The notes: generated by a model from the letters alone, not told the origin. A stretch of 64,000 nucleotides of DNA from Promethearchaeota archaeon Loki_b32 (GCA_005223125.1 NJBH01000001.1:1-64000); one strand, 5' to 3'. Shown: positions 9,260 through 20,903, counted from the first letter of the stretch. Numbers and translations: made by a program.

Positions 9260-10356
9260 TATAAATCCTCCATATATTCATTAATAGCCACTTTTATTCG
9301 GTCTAGCTCCTCATTAATTAATTGAGGAGATAATGGTAAGGAAACAATTTTATCAACAATCTCTTCCGTCACTCCTAATTTAGGTTGTATCCCGTATAAT
9401 TTTTGAATAATTGGTTGCCTGTGAACGGGGATTGGATAATAGATACCAGTTGCAATCTTCTTTTTATTAAAGTGTTCTATGAATGAACTTCTTTTTTCAA
9501 TTTGAATAGTATATACGTAATATGAACATTTTGCCCATTCTTTTTCGGAAGGAATCTTAACATTTGGGTATTTTTCGATTATCTCATTATAAAAATTAAC
9601 GATTTCCCTTCGTTTTTCAATCCATTCATCAAGATATTTTAATTGTTCTTTACCGATTACAGCTTGAATTTCGTTCAATCGGAAGTTTAAACCTAATAGC
9701 TCATTTTCATATTTAGATTTCCTACCGTGATCTCGCCTTAATTTCAATTCTTCACCATATTTCTCGTTATTTGTGACTATCATTCCCCCATCCCCACCAA
9801 CAGTCATATTTTTTGAGGGAAAAAAACTAAATACTCCAATATCTCCAAGTTTTCCTACCTTCTTTTCTTTATATTCTGCTCCATGAGCTTGACAACAGTC
9901 TTCAATGATTTTAATACTTTTTTCTTCAGCAATCTCCAACAGAGGATCCATATCCACAGGATGACCGTAAATATGAACAGGAACGATGCATTTGGTTTTT
10001 GGGGTGATTTCACTTTTTACTTTCTCAATATCCATACAATAAGTTTCGGGATCGATATCAACAAATACAGGTTTAACTTTAAAATATGCTAAAGGAGTCG
10101 CTGTTGCAATAAACGTATGAGAAGGAACGATAACCTCATCTCCCGGATTTAAATTTAATTCTTGGTAAGTTAAAAATAACGCCGCAGTTCCTGAAGATAC
10201 ACCTATAGCATATTTTGATCCAATATAATCTCTAAAAGATTCTTCAAAATGCCGTAAATTAGGTCCTTTAACATAATATCCACTATCAAGAACTTCTAGC
10301 ACAGCATTTTTAATATCTTGGTTCATATACATTTTACTTAACTTTATTTCGTCCAT
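9259..10356 (-). CDS. DegT/DnrJ/EryC1 sugar aminotransferase (WbpE-like)
   Basis: SSGTAAL, PVHIYG, IEDCCQAHG, FSFFPSKN (PLP Lys), GDGGM. Confidence 0.95.
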   Translation of the reverse strand: MDEIKLSKMYMNQDIKNAVLEVLDSGYYVKGPNLRHFEESFRDYIGSKYAIGVSSGTAALFLTYQELNLNPGDEVIVPSHTFIATATPLAYFKVKPVFVDIDPETYCMDIEKVKSEITPKTKCIVPVHIYGHPVDMDPLLEIAEEKSIKIIEDCCQAHGAEYKEKKVGKLGDIGVFSFFPSKNMTVGGDGGMIVTNNEKYGEELKLRRDHGRKSKYENELLGLNFRLNEIQAVIGKEQLKYLDEWIEKRREIVNFYNEIIEKYPNVKIPSEKEWAKCSYYVYTIQIEKRSSFIEHFNKKKIATGIYYPIPVHRQPIIQKLYGIQPKLGVTEEIVDKIVSLPLSPQLINEELDRIKVAINEYMEDL

Positions 10357-10590
10357 AAAATAACCTAGTAAGTAATATTATTATTTACACATGAAATTAA
10401 ATAGATGTTGAATTTTGATGATTTTATATCTTTTAATATCTTTAATATATATCTTTTTATAAAGGTTTTTCTACAATATGATGTTTTTAAAGTAAAATTA
10501 AAATAAATAATATGCTTAACACATCTACAATAATTTAAAAATCTCGTATCATTGGGGATAAGACGGCTTTTTGAGTGGGTTTTTTAGTTT

Positions 10591-11370
10591 CTATGAATTT
10601 ATGAATTTAAGAATAAATTGATTTAAATCAATGAAATTTTTCAGACATCTATACGCCATTTCTTCTTTCTTTTTTTCATCTAAATTCACTAAATTATCAA
10701 GAATATTTATTGCTTCTAAGAAATTACTTGTTTTTCTGCATAATTCGTTATTTGAATTAAATTGCTCAAACAATAAACATTTTATAGGATTTATTACAAC
10801 ACTGGGTTTACCTAATATTAAAGCCTCTTGGGCAGTTGTAAACGCTTCTCCAATATAACCTGCTGAAAAAAATAAAAAATGGTGGAAGTCTCCTAATTTC
10901 CCTTTATATAATTTATTTTTCCATTTTTTACGTATTGGAAACTCAGAGGTGAGAAGTATCTCGTATTTTTCAGAAAGAATATTTAAAAATTTATTAATAT
11001 CGGGAATTCCTTTTTTACCAATATCATGAGTAGCATCCCAATCTATTAATCTCACCACAATAAATTTATTTGCATTTAATCCATATTTTCTGATTATTTC
11101 TGCATTAGGTTTGAAATATTTTGTGTTCAGATAAGTGTATTCTTGACAACCCTCATATTTGATATGTTTGGCACCATAAACTTTTAATGGAAACCACTTT
11201 GGAGTAAAAATAAAATTAGAAAAAAAACTTCAAAAATAAAATTGCTCAGGGGCGAAATCAATATCATTAAACCCTATATAAGTAATCCTTACAAATACCG
11301 AAGCAATACAGGCATAAACCGGAGAGATTCCTATTATATAATCATTTTCATCAAAATAAAAATATTTCAA
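10591..11370 (-). pseudogene. DUF354-like GT-B protein, 5'-truncated with internal TGA
   Basis: Frame extends from 11058 to about 11370 (YEGCQEYTYL..FKPN..IVVRLIDWDATHD) with TGA at 11230-11232; no start, N-terminus missing. Confidence 0.7.
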
Positions 11371-11428
11371 GAAGGAATGTTAAGTTCATCTCCCGGATTT
11401 AAATTTAATTCTTGTTAAGCTAAAAATA
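11370..11428 (-). pseudogene. Diverged fragment of the DegT gene
   Basis: Aligns with 10120-10178 (LNPGDELNIPS* vs LNPGDEVIVPSH). Confidence 0.8.
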
Positions 11429-11949
11429 TCACACTAGATTTTAACCTTGAATTCACTACAGATGCTAAAAATTTTCTAACAGATGAAGAACTCATAGCAA
11501 TTATTATCGCTACCCTTTAATCTACTCATTATGAATTACCTAAATAGTTTAATATATAAGAGGGGAATGGATTATTAAAAAAGAATGTAAAAGACATCTC
11601 TGACTAATCATAAGTAATAATTCATTTAACATAGGTACTTTTTATTTGATTAAAAAAAAATTCAACCAAAAATATAATGATTTTTTAGAATAAGAGATAA
11701 ACAAGAATTATGAATCCTAATAAAGATCTCCCTTAATTTCCCTTTATCATCTATTGAATGTGTATTAAGTGATTAAGTGGTTTTTTAGGAATAATTTTTT
11801 AAAGTTTTGTCTGCTTAAATAATTGTTTTTGATTATTATTGTTAAATATACAACATTTTATATAAAATTTGAAAAGTTTAAGTATTTGATTTAATTCTCA
11901 AAAAACAAAATATATTCTCATTAACTAAATTTTTGCTATAAAGACAATA

Positions 11950-13140
11950 ATGTGGATTATCATGAGGATTATAATGGTATTATACAAATATTTTATCTCT
12001 GATACTAGAGTACAAAGAGAAGCTAAAATTTTAGCACAAAAAGGATTTGAAATCGATGTAATTAATTGTAAAAATCCTGAAGATAAAAATAAAGGAAATA
12101 TAAATTCTAATAAGCAAATAAAAAATAGTGAAATTATGCAAGTTCAGCCAAAAAAACGTGAATCAGTAATATCATTGTTAAAATTTTGGTTTTTAGCTTT
12201 TTATCATTTAATAAAAAAAAAAAAAAAACCAAATGTAATTCATGCTCATGACTTATCAGGACTTCCACCTGCAGTTTTATACAAAATAGTATTTCCAAAA
12301 GTAAAATTGATTTATGACTCACATGAACTATTCCCAGAAGCGGCAAAAGACAAACTAAATAAATTCTCTTGGTTATGTTTTCTATTGATAGAATTAATTT
12401 GTAGTAAATTTATTACCATTCTAATTGGTGCTAGTCCATTACAACTTAAAATTCTAAAAAGAAGAATTAATAAACCTCAATTTTGTATTTTGAATGTACC
12501 AGATTTAGATTTCATTAAAAAAGAATTTAATTATGAGAATCTTGAATATCACCCTTTATCTTCTAATAAAGAAAAAAGAATTAAGATAGTCTATTCTGGA
12601 GGGGTTTTTACACATAGAGGATATGATGAGTTTATTTTGTCAGCAATTAAAATATTAAAAAAAAACAAGAATTTCGAATTCTGGATTGTAGGTGATGGGA
12701 TTTATCTAAATAGTGTTAAAGAGATGGTTAGAAGGTATAATTTAACAAAACATTTTAAATTCACAGGTGGTGTCACACATTCTGACCTCTTAAAATTAAC
12801 ATATAATTGTGATATCGCAGTAGGATTATACCAGGATATAGATAATAATAATATAATGATTTCAAATAAAATATTTGAATATATGTTAGTTGGAATACCT
12901 TTTATATTTACCAGTTTAAAGTCATCAATACCCTATTTAGATAAAGTAAATGCGATTAAAATTGACTTTCCCCTTGACCCCGATATAATCGCCAATAAGA
13001 TCTTATACCTATCAGATAATAAAAAACTACAATATGAAATTTCTATAAAAAGTAGAAATTTAATTAAAGAAAAATTAAACTGGAAAAATGAATCTGCAAA
13101 ATTAGCTGCAGCATATGAAGAGTTGTTAAATAAAAAATAA
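11950..13140 (+). CDS. GT4 glycosyltransferase
   Basis: DTRVQREA, IHAHD, YDSHEL, SNKIFEYM. Confidence 0.9.
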   Translation: MWIIMRIIMVLYKYFISDTRVQREAKILAQKGFEIDVINCKNPEDKNKGNINSNKQIKNSEIMQVQPKKRESVISLLKFWFLAFYHLIKKKKKPNVIHAHDLSGLPPAVLYKIVFPKVKLIYDSHELFPEAAKDKLNKFSWLCFLLIELICSKFITILIGASPLQLKILKRRINKPQFCILNVPDLDFIKKEFNYENLEYHPLSSNKEKRIKIVYSGGVFTHRGYDEFILSAIKILKKNKNFEFWIVGDGIYLNSVKEMVRRYNLTKHFKFTGGVTHSDLLKLTYNCDIAVGLYQDIDNNNIMISNKIFEYMLVGIPFIFTSLKSSIPYLDKVNAIKIDFPLDPDIIANKILYLSDNKKLQYEISIKSRNLIKEKLNWKNESAKLAAAYEELLNKK

Positions 13141-13159
13141 CAAAAAATGTAATTCAAAA

Positions 13160-15274
13160 ATGAAAAAAACTGTGGAAAGCAACAAAATATTGAAAGCGAT
13201 CGAACTCGTTTTCTCTGATATGACGACATATCTTTTCAAAAAATATAATTTATTGAACATCATTTTACCAAATTTGTTACACCAAATTTTACGAAGGATC
13301 ATCTTTTCGAAATTTTATAAAAAGAAAAAAATCATATTGAAAAATTCTTATAATTCAGAGAAATTTTTTGGTAATTTTTTTAAAGGCAAATTAGATTTTC
13401 AATATATTTGTAATGACTTCTTTGCCAAAACTTTTTTCTCCTACCCCATTTTAAGTGAAAAAAAGAAGATAATTTCGCTATTAAAAGAACTAAATGATAA
13501 TGAAATTAGAAGTTATATAGACTATGCTGATGAAATAATAGATAATAAATTTAAAATTTTTGAAAAAAATCATCACTTCAGGAACGATATTGATTGGCAC
13601 TTTAGTTTTTTTGGAGATTATTCGTTTGATATTAATGCTTCTGAAAAATTAAATTACTTCGGGTTTTCCAATAATAATGAGTTAATTGATGTAAAATATG
13701 TTTGGGAATTTAATAGACACCAATTTTTACACTACTTAGGTATAGCTTATTATATTACTAACAATGAAAAATATTCTTACAAATATAGAGATTTAATTCT
13801 TGATTGGATCAAAAAAAATCCCCCCTTATTTGGTGTTAATTGGGCTTCCGGTTTAGACATTTCAATTAGATTAAACACATGGATTTTCTCATTATGGTTT
13901 TTTAAAGATTCGAAATTAGTTAATAATAGAATGTTTTTTGAGAAGATTTTCAAAAGTATGTTCCAACATGCTTATTATTTAAGATTTTTTTATACAAGAT
14001 ATTCTTTTAATCATACAGTAGGAGACTTATTTGGTGTATATCTGTTCTCAAAGGTCTTTAATAACTTAAATCCATTAAAAAAATGGGAAAAAAAATTTTT
14101 TGAGAAATTCAGAAAACAAATTTTCTTTCAAACTAGATCAGATGGCGTTAATATAGAACAATCTATTAATTATCATCGATTTGTTTTGGAATTCTTTACC
14201 CTTTTTGTAATTTTGGACAAAAAAAAAATGTATCAAAAAGAGTTAAACCGGATTGAAAAGATGTTTGACTTTTTAATATATACCATAAAACCTGATATGA
14301 ATTTTCCTGTAATTGGTGATTCTGATGATGGTTCTATCTTACCATTAAATTTTTATCGAAAGAATAAGTTTAATGATTTAATTAATTTAAGCTCAATCCT
14401 TTTTACTCGTAGCGATCTAAAATACATTTCAAAAGACATCTCTGTTATTTCCTTACTATTTTTAGGTTATGAAGGATATAACAAATTTATAAATTTATTG
14501 ATAAAAAAACCTAAATATAAGTATCATTTTTTTAAAAAATCGGGTTATATAACTTTTCGAGACTCTTGGTCTAAAAAGGCTAATTACTTATTTCTTGATT
14601 ATGGTAAATTTGGCCCTCTACACGCATCTCATTCTCATAGTGGTATTACAAATCTAGTATTATCAATAAACGGTAAAGATCTTTTAATAGATTCTGGAAC
14701 TTTTACATATAATAAATCATGGGAAATAAGAAATTTATTTAGAAGTAGTAAAGCACATAATGTTCTTTCTATCAATTCAAAAAATCAAGCTGACATTGTT
14801 AATTGGTGGATGTGGAAAAATAAACCGAAATTAAAGAGGATTTTAACTAAAAAAGAAAATAATTACTATTTTTCTTGCTACCACAATGGATATAAAAACT
14901 TTATTATATATCGTAAAGTTATTGTCCCCGTGGATTTTAAGGAATTAAAAATAATAGATGAGATCATCAAGGAAGATCTGAAAGCAAATGAGATAGAAAG
15001 CTCTAGAAATGTTTTTGATATCTTTTTTCATTTTGATAATAAAAATAAAATTGAATTAAGGGAAAATAGAATTTTAATTAATTCTAATTTAATTATGAAA
15101 TTTAAAGCAAATAGGGATTTCTCACTTTCTTTAATTGATACTTATTATTCTCTTAATTATGGTGTTAAAATACCCAATAAAAGCTTAAGGATCTGTATTA
15201 ACGAGGAAAAATGGAACGATGAAAGAATTAAGATTTACACAAAATTGGAATATTTAAATAATTCGTTTGATTGA
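13160..15274 (+). CDS. Heparinase II/III-like protein (copy 1)
   Basis: DVKYVWEFNRHQ, NPPLFGVNW, EQSINYHRFV, IGDSDDG, DSGTFTYN, FRSSKAHN. Confidence 0.85.
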   Translation: MKKTVESNKILKAIELVFSDMTTYLFKKYNLLNIILPNLLHQILRRIIFSKFYKKKKIILKNSYNSEKFFGNFFKGKLDFQYICNDFFAKTFFSYPILSEKKKIISLLKELNDNEIRSYIDYADEIIDNKFKIFEKNHHFRNDIDWHFSFFGDYSFDINASEKLNYFGFSNNNELIDVKYVWEFNRHQFLHYLGIAYYITNNEKYSYKYRDLILDWIKKNPPLFGVNWASGLDISIRLNTWIFSLWFFKDSKLVNNRMFFEKIFKSMFQHAYYLRFFYTRYSFNHTVGDLFGVYLFSKVFNNLNPLKKWEKKFFEKFRKQIFFQTRSDGVNIEQSINYHRFVLEFFTLFVILDKKKMYQKELNRIEKMFDFLIYTIKPDMNFPVIGDSDDGSILPLNFYRKNKFNDLINLSSILFTRSDLKYISKDISVISLLFLGYEGYNKFINLLIKKPKYKYHFFKKSGYITFRDSWSKKANYLFLDYGKFGPLHASHSHSGITNLVLSINGKDLLIDSGTFTYNKSWEIRNLFRSSKAHNVLSINSKNQADIVNWWMWKNKPKLKRILTKKENNYYFSCYHNGYKNFIIYRKVIVPVDFKELKIIDEIIKEDLKANEIESSRNVFDIFFHFDNKNKIELRENRILINSNLIMKFKANRDFSLSLIDTYYSLNYGVKIPNKSLRICINEEKWNDERIKIYTKLEYLNNSFD

Positions 15275-15293
15275 TTTCTCTAATTTAAATGTA

Positions 15294-16337
15294 TCATAGA
15301 TTATTTAAAAGTTGATTAATGAATTGTTTAGAAAATGATTCTTTATCGAAGTTCTTCATTATGTACTCTCGTCCAGTTATATTAATTTCACCTGAATTTC
15401 TTAATAATTTGAGAAATTTCTCTGAAATTGACTGCCATACATTTTTTTCTTGAAAATAAATTATAGTTCCAAATTTATTTACTGCTGTTGAGATCCCATT
15501 CACTTCTGAAGTTATCACATGACAACCACATAACATCGCTTCACATACTGCATTTGGAAAACCCTCATGACGAGAGAATTGGCAATAAATTTTGGATTGT
15601 TGATAATAACTTAATAATTCTTTCTTAGATAGCTTTTCAATAATGTTTAAATTTGGTGGAATGTCTTTTACGAATTTCTTGAAAATTTCGACATTGTATC
15701 CAATTAGTAAAAATTCTTCCTCGGGAAATATTTTTGCTAATTTTATAAAGCGGTCAATTCCTTTTACTAAGAACCTAGTGAAAAACTGTTGTTTATTCTC
15801 ACGAAAATTTGTAGAAACAGTAAGAATATATTTACGCTCATTTTCTCCTGGGATCCAAAATTTTGAGTCAAAAAAAGTAGGCAATATGGAATAATTATTA
15901 AATCTTTTTTTTATGTTTTGTTCCAATTGGTCCTTTAAATGAGCATCTACAAATCTAATATGATATGTAAATTTTAGGTTAAATTTAATCATTAATTTTT
16001 TTATGGGATAATAAAGTTCACCATATTTTATTTTTGGAAGATTTGCTGTATCACTTCCAGCTGCAACTAATATTACTGGTTTCTTTGTAAAAATTCCAAC
16101 TAAAATTGCCAAATAGTTATATAAACGCCATCCATAAATAAAATCAGACATTCGTGCTCTCTTTATTAGTAATGGTAAAACAAGCAAATTTTTAACATAA
16201 TCTGATAAAATCGGGATGTCATTATAAGAGATGACATCAACTATTTTCGAAATCAATTCTAAGTCTCTTTTAATAAATTGTTGTTTTATACGTTTTTTAT
16301 CATTAACAAAAAAGAATACTGTTTTTTTATATTCCAT
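15294..16337 (-). CDS. GT4 glycosyltransferase
   Basis: KGIDRF, EGFPNAVCEAMLCG. Confidence 0.9.
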   Translation of the reverse strand: MEYKKTVFFFVNDKKRIKQQFIKRDLELISKIVDVISYNDIPILSDYVKNLLVLPLLIKRARMSDFIYGWRLYNYLAILVGIFTKKPVILVAAGSDTANLPKIKYGELYYPIKKLMIKFNLKFTYHIRFVDAHLKDQLEQNIKKRFNNYSILPTFFDSKFWIPGENERKYILTVSTNFRENKQQFFTRFLVKGIDRFIKLAKIFPEEEFLLIGYNVEIFKKFVKDIPPNLNIIEKLSKKELLSYYQQSKIYCQFSRHEGFPNAVCEAMLCGCHVITSEVNGISTAVNKFGTIIYFQEKNVWQSISEKFLKLLRNSGEINITGREYIMKNFDKESFSKQFINQLLNNL

Positions 16338-16469
16338 AATTAGTTAGTTTTATAAAGAAATAAAAAATTTTTTATTCACTATATATTATAAAACTAAAAA
16401 AGTATTAATTGCATTTTAAATTGAAATCAATTAAAAATTTAAAAAATTATACTAACTAATGAATTAAAA

Positions 16470-18422
16470 TTGATGAACTTTAATATTAGAAATATCAATA
16501 TAAAAAAACCCGGTTTATATTATTTCCTACTTATCTTATTGGCAATTATTTTTCCTTTAGCTCATTATCCACGCATTTTTGGAACGGACGCCTTTCAAGT
16601 AATGTGGATGGCAAATGCTCTTAGAGATGGGGCGTTTTTTTCTGAAAATACCTGGTTAATCCATCCCTTTTCCTACTTTGGGTATTATCCATTTTCTCAT
16701 CGAGCGATAGGTGTTCCTATATTCCTTGCTTTTTTAATGAGTCTTCTGAGCTTTTTTTCCTTTGGTATATTTGGTCTAACTGAGGCGATATTAGCCTTCG
16801 ATATTATACTCATCATAATTATTTATAAAAGCGCTAGAAATCTCGGAAATCAAATATTCGAAGAAGAATGGAGTCGATTTATATTTGTAGCAGCTATTTT
16901 ATTTTCTATGTATGCACTAAATGACATTACAATGACCGTTAGTACAAGAATTATTATAACAATTGTCATGATGGTTCTTTTGAATTTAAATTTAAAAATA
17001 TTAACTAATTCGATTAGTTTATTTAAAGCCATGATTTCTCTGTTTTTACTCCTCATAATTGGTGCCTTAGCACATAGGCTTTGGATTGGTATGCTTATCC
17101 CAATAGTAATTATGATATTTACGGTTTTTATCCGAAAATTTAAAAATTTACAAAAGCTTACTGTATTTTTAATTCTTCCGCTAAGTATAATTGCTTTTTT
17201 CGTAGGATTAGAAGTAATCGGTACATCTTATCTATCGAGACTCGATCCAAATCAAACATTTACCCCTTTTATAGATGAGAACTCTCTATTTGGGAGGATT
17301 ATATTACTTAGCTGGTTTCATGCTTGGAATTTAGGTGTGATCTCTGTTTTCTTCCCAATAGGTGTAATAATAATGTTATATAAAATAGCGATTTTATTAA
17401 AAAATTCTAATGGAAGGAATATTCAACTCAAAAACAATCAGCAATTTATTCAAAAGTACTATTTATTTCTTTTTATTATACCCTTTTCATTTTTACTCCC
17501 TGCTACCTTTTATTCAATGGTAATTTTTTTCCCTCTTTTAATTATTTTTTCAATTTATGGCATAATTTATATTAAAAGGTTTTTATCAAATTATTCTGGA
17601 ACTTTGAGTTGGCTTTTACTTCCAATTCTCTTATTTATATCTATAGTTTATTCCTTTCTTAAAATTGAAGTTTCAGTAAATATTAATCTTTGGTATGTGT
17701 TTGTATTATCCTTTATTTCTTTAATCTTATTCCTCTTTGCTATCATAATAGGTCATTATAAAACTCTAAAATTTTCAAAAATTTCTCTTAATCCTCTTAA
17801 AATGAAAAAAGGGATCTGGATTCTTATATTAACAATTTCGATGTCAATATTTTCAATAACAACTATAGAAACTAATAGAGCTGCTCTCATTAGCAGTCCC
17901 TATCCATGGGAAAATAGATGTCTGACCGATGAAGAAATCGAAATTATTGAATTTTTTCAAGACGAAGAAATTGATGGATTGATTTTTACTCCTGATAAGT
18001 ACATAACAGAAAAAGTTTCTGGAGTAGGATTTTTACCCACCTTTCACGGACGTTCATCTATTGGAAAAGATTTATGGTATAGCCTAATTAGTCCAAATGA
18101 AGTTCTTGAGAATACAGAATTCTTATTTTCATTATCTAACTTGTTTGAACAACGTTTTTTTAGGTTTAGGCCAAAAAATATCACTTATAATTATGAAGCG
18201 TCTCCTTTAGAGGTTCTAAGGAGGAAAATAATTAGATTAAATATGACAATCGAAGGAGATCGTGTTCTTTTGCGATCGGTGTATAATGTGCACTATGTTA
18301 TTTCTATAAATGAAAATTCCCTACATAGCAGTAATGAATGGACTTTAATCCGATCTTTACACCAATCGGAATTAGAACCTATTTTTTCAACTCAAAATTT
18401 AGTAGTATGGAAAATAAATTAA
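16470..18422 (+). CDS. Polytopic membrane protein, GT-C-like topology
   Basis: More than 10 TM segments, first loop GTDAF, soluble C-terminal domain; inside glycosylation locus. Confidence 0.65.
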   Translation: MMNFNIRNINIKKPGLYYFLLILLAIIFPLAHYPRIFGTDAFQVMWMANALRDGAFFSENTWLIHPFSYFGYYPFSHRAIGVPIFLAFLMSLLSFFSFGIFGLTEAILAFDIILIIIIYKSARNLGNQIFEEEWSRFIFVAAILFSMYALNDITMTVSTRIIITIVMMVLLNLNLKILTNSISLFKAMISLFLLLIIGALAHRLWIGMLIPIVIMIFTVFIRKFKNLQKLTVFLILPLSIIAFFVGLEVIGTSYLSRLDPNQTFTPFIDENSLFGRIILLSWFHAWNLGVISVFFPIGVIIMLYKIAILLKNSNGRNIQLKNNQQFIQKYYLFLFIIPFSFLLPATFYSMVIFFPLLIIFSIYGIIYIKRFLSNYSGTLSWLLLPILLFISIVYSFLKIEVSVNINLWYVFVLSFISLILFLFAIIIGHYKTLKFSKISLNPLKMKKGIWILILTISMSIFSITTIETNRAALISSPYPWENRCLTDEEIEIIEFFQDEEIDGLIFTPDKYITEKVSGVGFLPTFHGRSSIGKDLWYSLISPNEVLENTEFLFSLSNLFEQRFFRFRPKNITYNYEASPLEVLRRKIIRLNMTIEGDRVLLRSVYNVHYVISINENSLHSSNEWTLIRSLHQSELEPIFSTQNLVVWKIN

Positions 18423-18455
18423 TTCACGTTATTCAAATATTCTGGAAGTGTATTC

Positions 18456-19442
18456 ATGAGTCAACCAATTATCAGTGTAATCATCCCCACATACAAAAGG
18501 AATACTACAATAGAACGAGCTATCAATAGTGTTTTAAATCAGACTATTCATAATTTTGAAATAATTGTTGTTGATGATAATAACGAGAGAAGTAATTATA
18601 GGAAACTTAATGAAAAATTGATGAAAAAACATAAATTTGACGATAAAGTAATATATCTTAAACACAAAAAAAATATGAACGCAGCAGCAGCACGGAATAC
18701 AGGGATCTTATATTCATCATCGAAGTATATTGCTTTTCTAGATGATGATGACGAGTATTTAGCAAATAAATTAGAACAACAAGTAAAACTGCTTGAAAAA
18801 CTTGATGATACTTGGGGGGCAGTATACTGTGGATATTCTATATATAGAAAAAACAAATTATTGCAAAGAAATTTGAATTTAGGTCACGGTAATTTAAAAA
18901 AGAAATTGTTATTGATGGAAAACCCATTTGGGGGTGGTTCCACCTTGCTTATGAAACGTTCAATCTTGAAAGAATTAGATGGATTTGATATCACATTCTC
19001 GCGACATCAAGATTGGGAATTATTAATACGTTTTTTTCGAAAATATAGAATTGCTTACGTTAATCGCATACTAGTAAAAGTGCATCTTGATGACAGAAAA
19101 AATATTACTGATCCCGAAAATATTGTCCTAACCAAAGAAAAATATTTAAGGAAATTTAAAAAAGATATTGAAGAAATGCCAATAAGTTTACAGAAAGAAA
19201 TATATAAGCGCCATTATTTAGAAATTACAAGATCATTTATCAAAAATAAAAAGTATAATAGAGCTTTTGAGTACTATAAAAAATCTAAAAAATTTTCTAA
19301 GATTTTATTAATAGATTACATTAAACTAATTTCAACCCTAATTGATTCAATAATACCAATTAAAGAATTTCTTATTATTAATATTATAAGAATATCGCGA
19401 TATTTTAATTACGATAAACTTTTAAAAGCCTTTAATCGATAG
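18456..19442 (+). CDS. GT2 glycosyltransferase
   Basis: SVIIPTYKR, VVDDN, AARNTG, AFLDDDD, HQDWE. Confidence 0.9.
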   Translation: MSQPIISVIIPTYKRNTTIERAINSVLNQTIHNFEIIVVDDNNERSNYRKLNEKLMKKHKFDDKVIYLKHKKNMNAAAARNTGILYSSSKYIAFLDDDDEYLANKLEQQVKLLEKLDDTWGAVYCGYSIYRKNKLLQRNLNLGHGNLKKKLLLMENPFGGGSTLLMKRSILKELDGFDITFSRHQDWELLIRFFRKYRIAYVNRILVKVHLDDRKNITDPENIVLTKEKYLRKFKKDIEEMPISLQKEIYKRHYLEITRSFIKNKKYNRAFEYYKKSKKFSKILLIDYIKLISTLIDSIIPIKEFLIINIIRISRYFNYDKLLKAFNR

Positions 19443-19646
19443 TATAACAGAATCCCAATTTTGATTTCTCTAAGTAAATTTCAATATTTTCATCTCAATA
19501 ATTACCATACTTTATCAATAAATAAAAATAACTCTAAAGGAATAAGATATTTTTTAATTTCATTAAAAGGTGAATATCTCTTGAATAATAATAATTTTTT
19601 TAGATTATATAATTTATAACCTAACTTGCAAAGTAAGAAAAATATT

Positions 19647-20903
19647 ATGAAAATTAATAACCCAAGGATATTGCATTTACTTGAAGTTTCATTGCCAATA
19701 TTAGCGGGGTACACAATTAGAACTCACAATATACTTCAAGAACAACAAAAATATGTATATCCTTTAGCTTTAATTGATCCTAAGATTATGAGAAATAAAA
19801 ATCCTTATATTAAAAATGGGGTACCTTATTATAAATTTCCACCCTTTCCGGGATATAATTTAATTTCAGACTCAAAGATTCTAAAAGCTGTAAAAATTTC
19901 TAAAGGATATAATTTAATAAACACACTTTTATTTACAGATCAAAAAAATTATTTATCTAAGTTTGTTGAAATCCAAAAGATAGATTTAATTCACGCTCAC
20001 ACACCCGCAAGATTTGCAAAATATGGTTATAAGATTGCAAAAAGTAAAAATATTCCATTCATTTACGAAGTGAGATATTTTCCTGAAGATAGTGCTGTTG
20101 CAAGTGAAAAATATAAAAAGGATTCATTTAAATATAAGAGAAAACATAAAAAGGAAACTAAATTAATGAAGAAGGCTGATGCTGTGATCACATTAGGAAA
20201 AGCAATGAAAAACGATATTAAGAATAGGGGGATTGCTGAAGAAAAGATATATATAGTTCCCAATGGAGTTGACACTAAGAAATTTGTTCCATTAGAACCA
20301 AATCAATGTTTAAAAATAAAATTAAGTCTACAAAATAAAAAAGTTATAGGATACATAGGTTCTATTCGAAGAATTGAAGGTATTGAAATTTTATTGAAAT
20401 CTTTTTCTCTTCTAAAAAAAACAGTAAATGACGTAAAACTCTTAATTGTAGGACCAGTAAGACCATATGATTATTTAGAATCATTGAAGGATTATTCTAA
20501 GATATTAAATATAAAAAAAGATGTAATTTTTACTGGAATGGTTCCATATGAAGAAGTGAATAATTACTATTCCATAATAGATATTTTTGTAATTCCTCGA
20601 TTAAATTTAAGATTAACCAGATTAGTAACTCCTCTAAAACCTTTAGAAGTGATGGCGATGGGGAAGGTCTTAATAACTAGCGATTTACCTGCTCTAAAAG
20701 AATTAGTTAAACAAAATATTTCAGGAGATCTCTTTAAAGTAGAAAATAGTAAAGCTTTAGCTATAAAGTTAGAAAAATATTTAAAAACACCAGAAAAAGC
20801 TGAGATATTGAAACAAAGTGCCCGTGAATATGTAGTGAATAATTATAGCTGGTCTGAGATAGTTAAAAAGTATATACCGATTTATGATAAACTTTTAAAG
20901 TAG
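19647..20903 (+). CDS. GT4 glycosyltransferase
   Basis: AGYTIRT, IHAHTP, YEVR, PNGVD, TPLKPLEVMAMG; ATG 19647 preferred over TTG 19626. Confidence 0.9.
   Translation: MKINNPRILHLLEVSLPILAGYTIRTHNILQEQQKYVYPLALIDPKIMRNKNPYIKNGVPYYKFPPFPGYNLISDSKILKAVKISKGYNLINTLLFTDQKNYLSKFVEIQKIDLIHAHTPARFAKYGYKIAKSKNIPFIYEVRYFPEDSAVASEKYKKDSFKYKRKHKKETKLMKKADAVITLGKAMKNDIKNRGIAEEKIYIVPNGVDTKKFVPLEPNQCLKIKLSLQNKKVIGYIGSIRRIEGIEILLKSFSLLKKTVNDVKLLIVGPVRPYDYLESLKDYSKILNIKKDVIFTGMVPYEEVNNYYSIIDIFVIPRLNLRLTRLVTPLKPLEVMAMGKVLITSDLPALKELVKQNISGDLFKVENSKALAIKLEKYLKTPEKAEILKQSAREYVVNNYSWSEIVKKYIPIYDKLLK

Noticed and set aside
11230-11232. In-frame TGA as selenocysteine
   Set aside because: The gene also lacks its 5' end, the position is not a redox Cys context, and no convincing SECIS-like hairpin was seen downstream.
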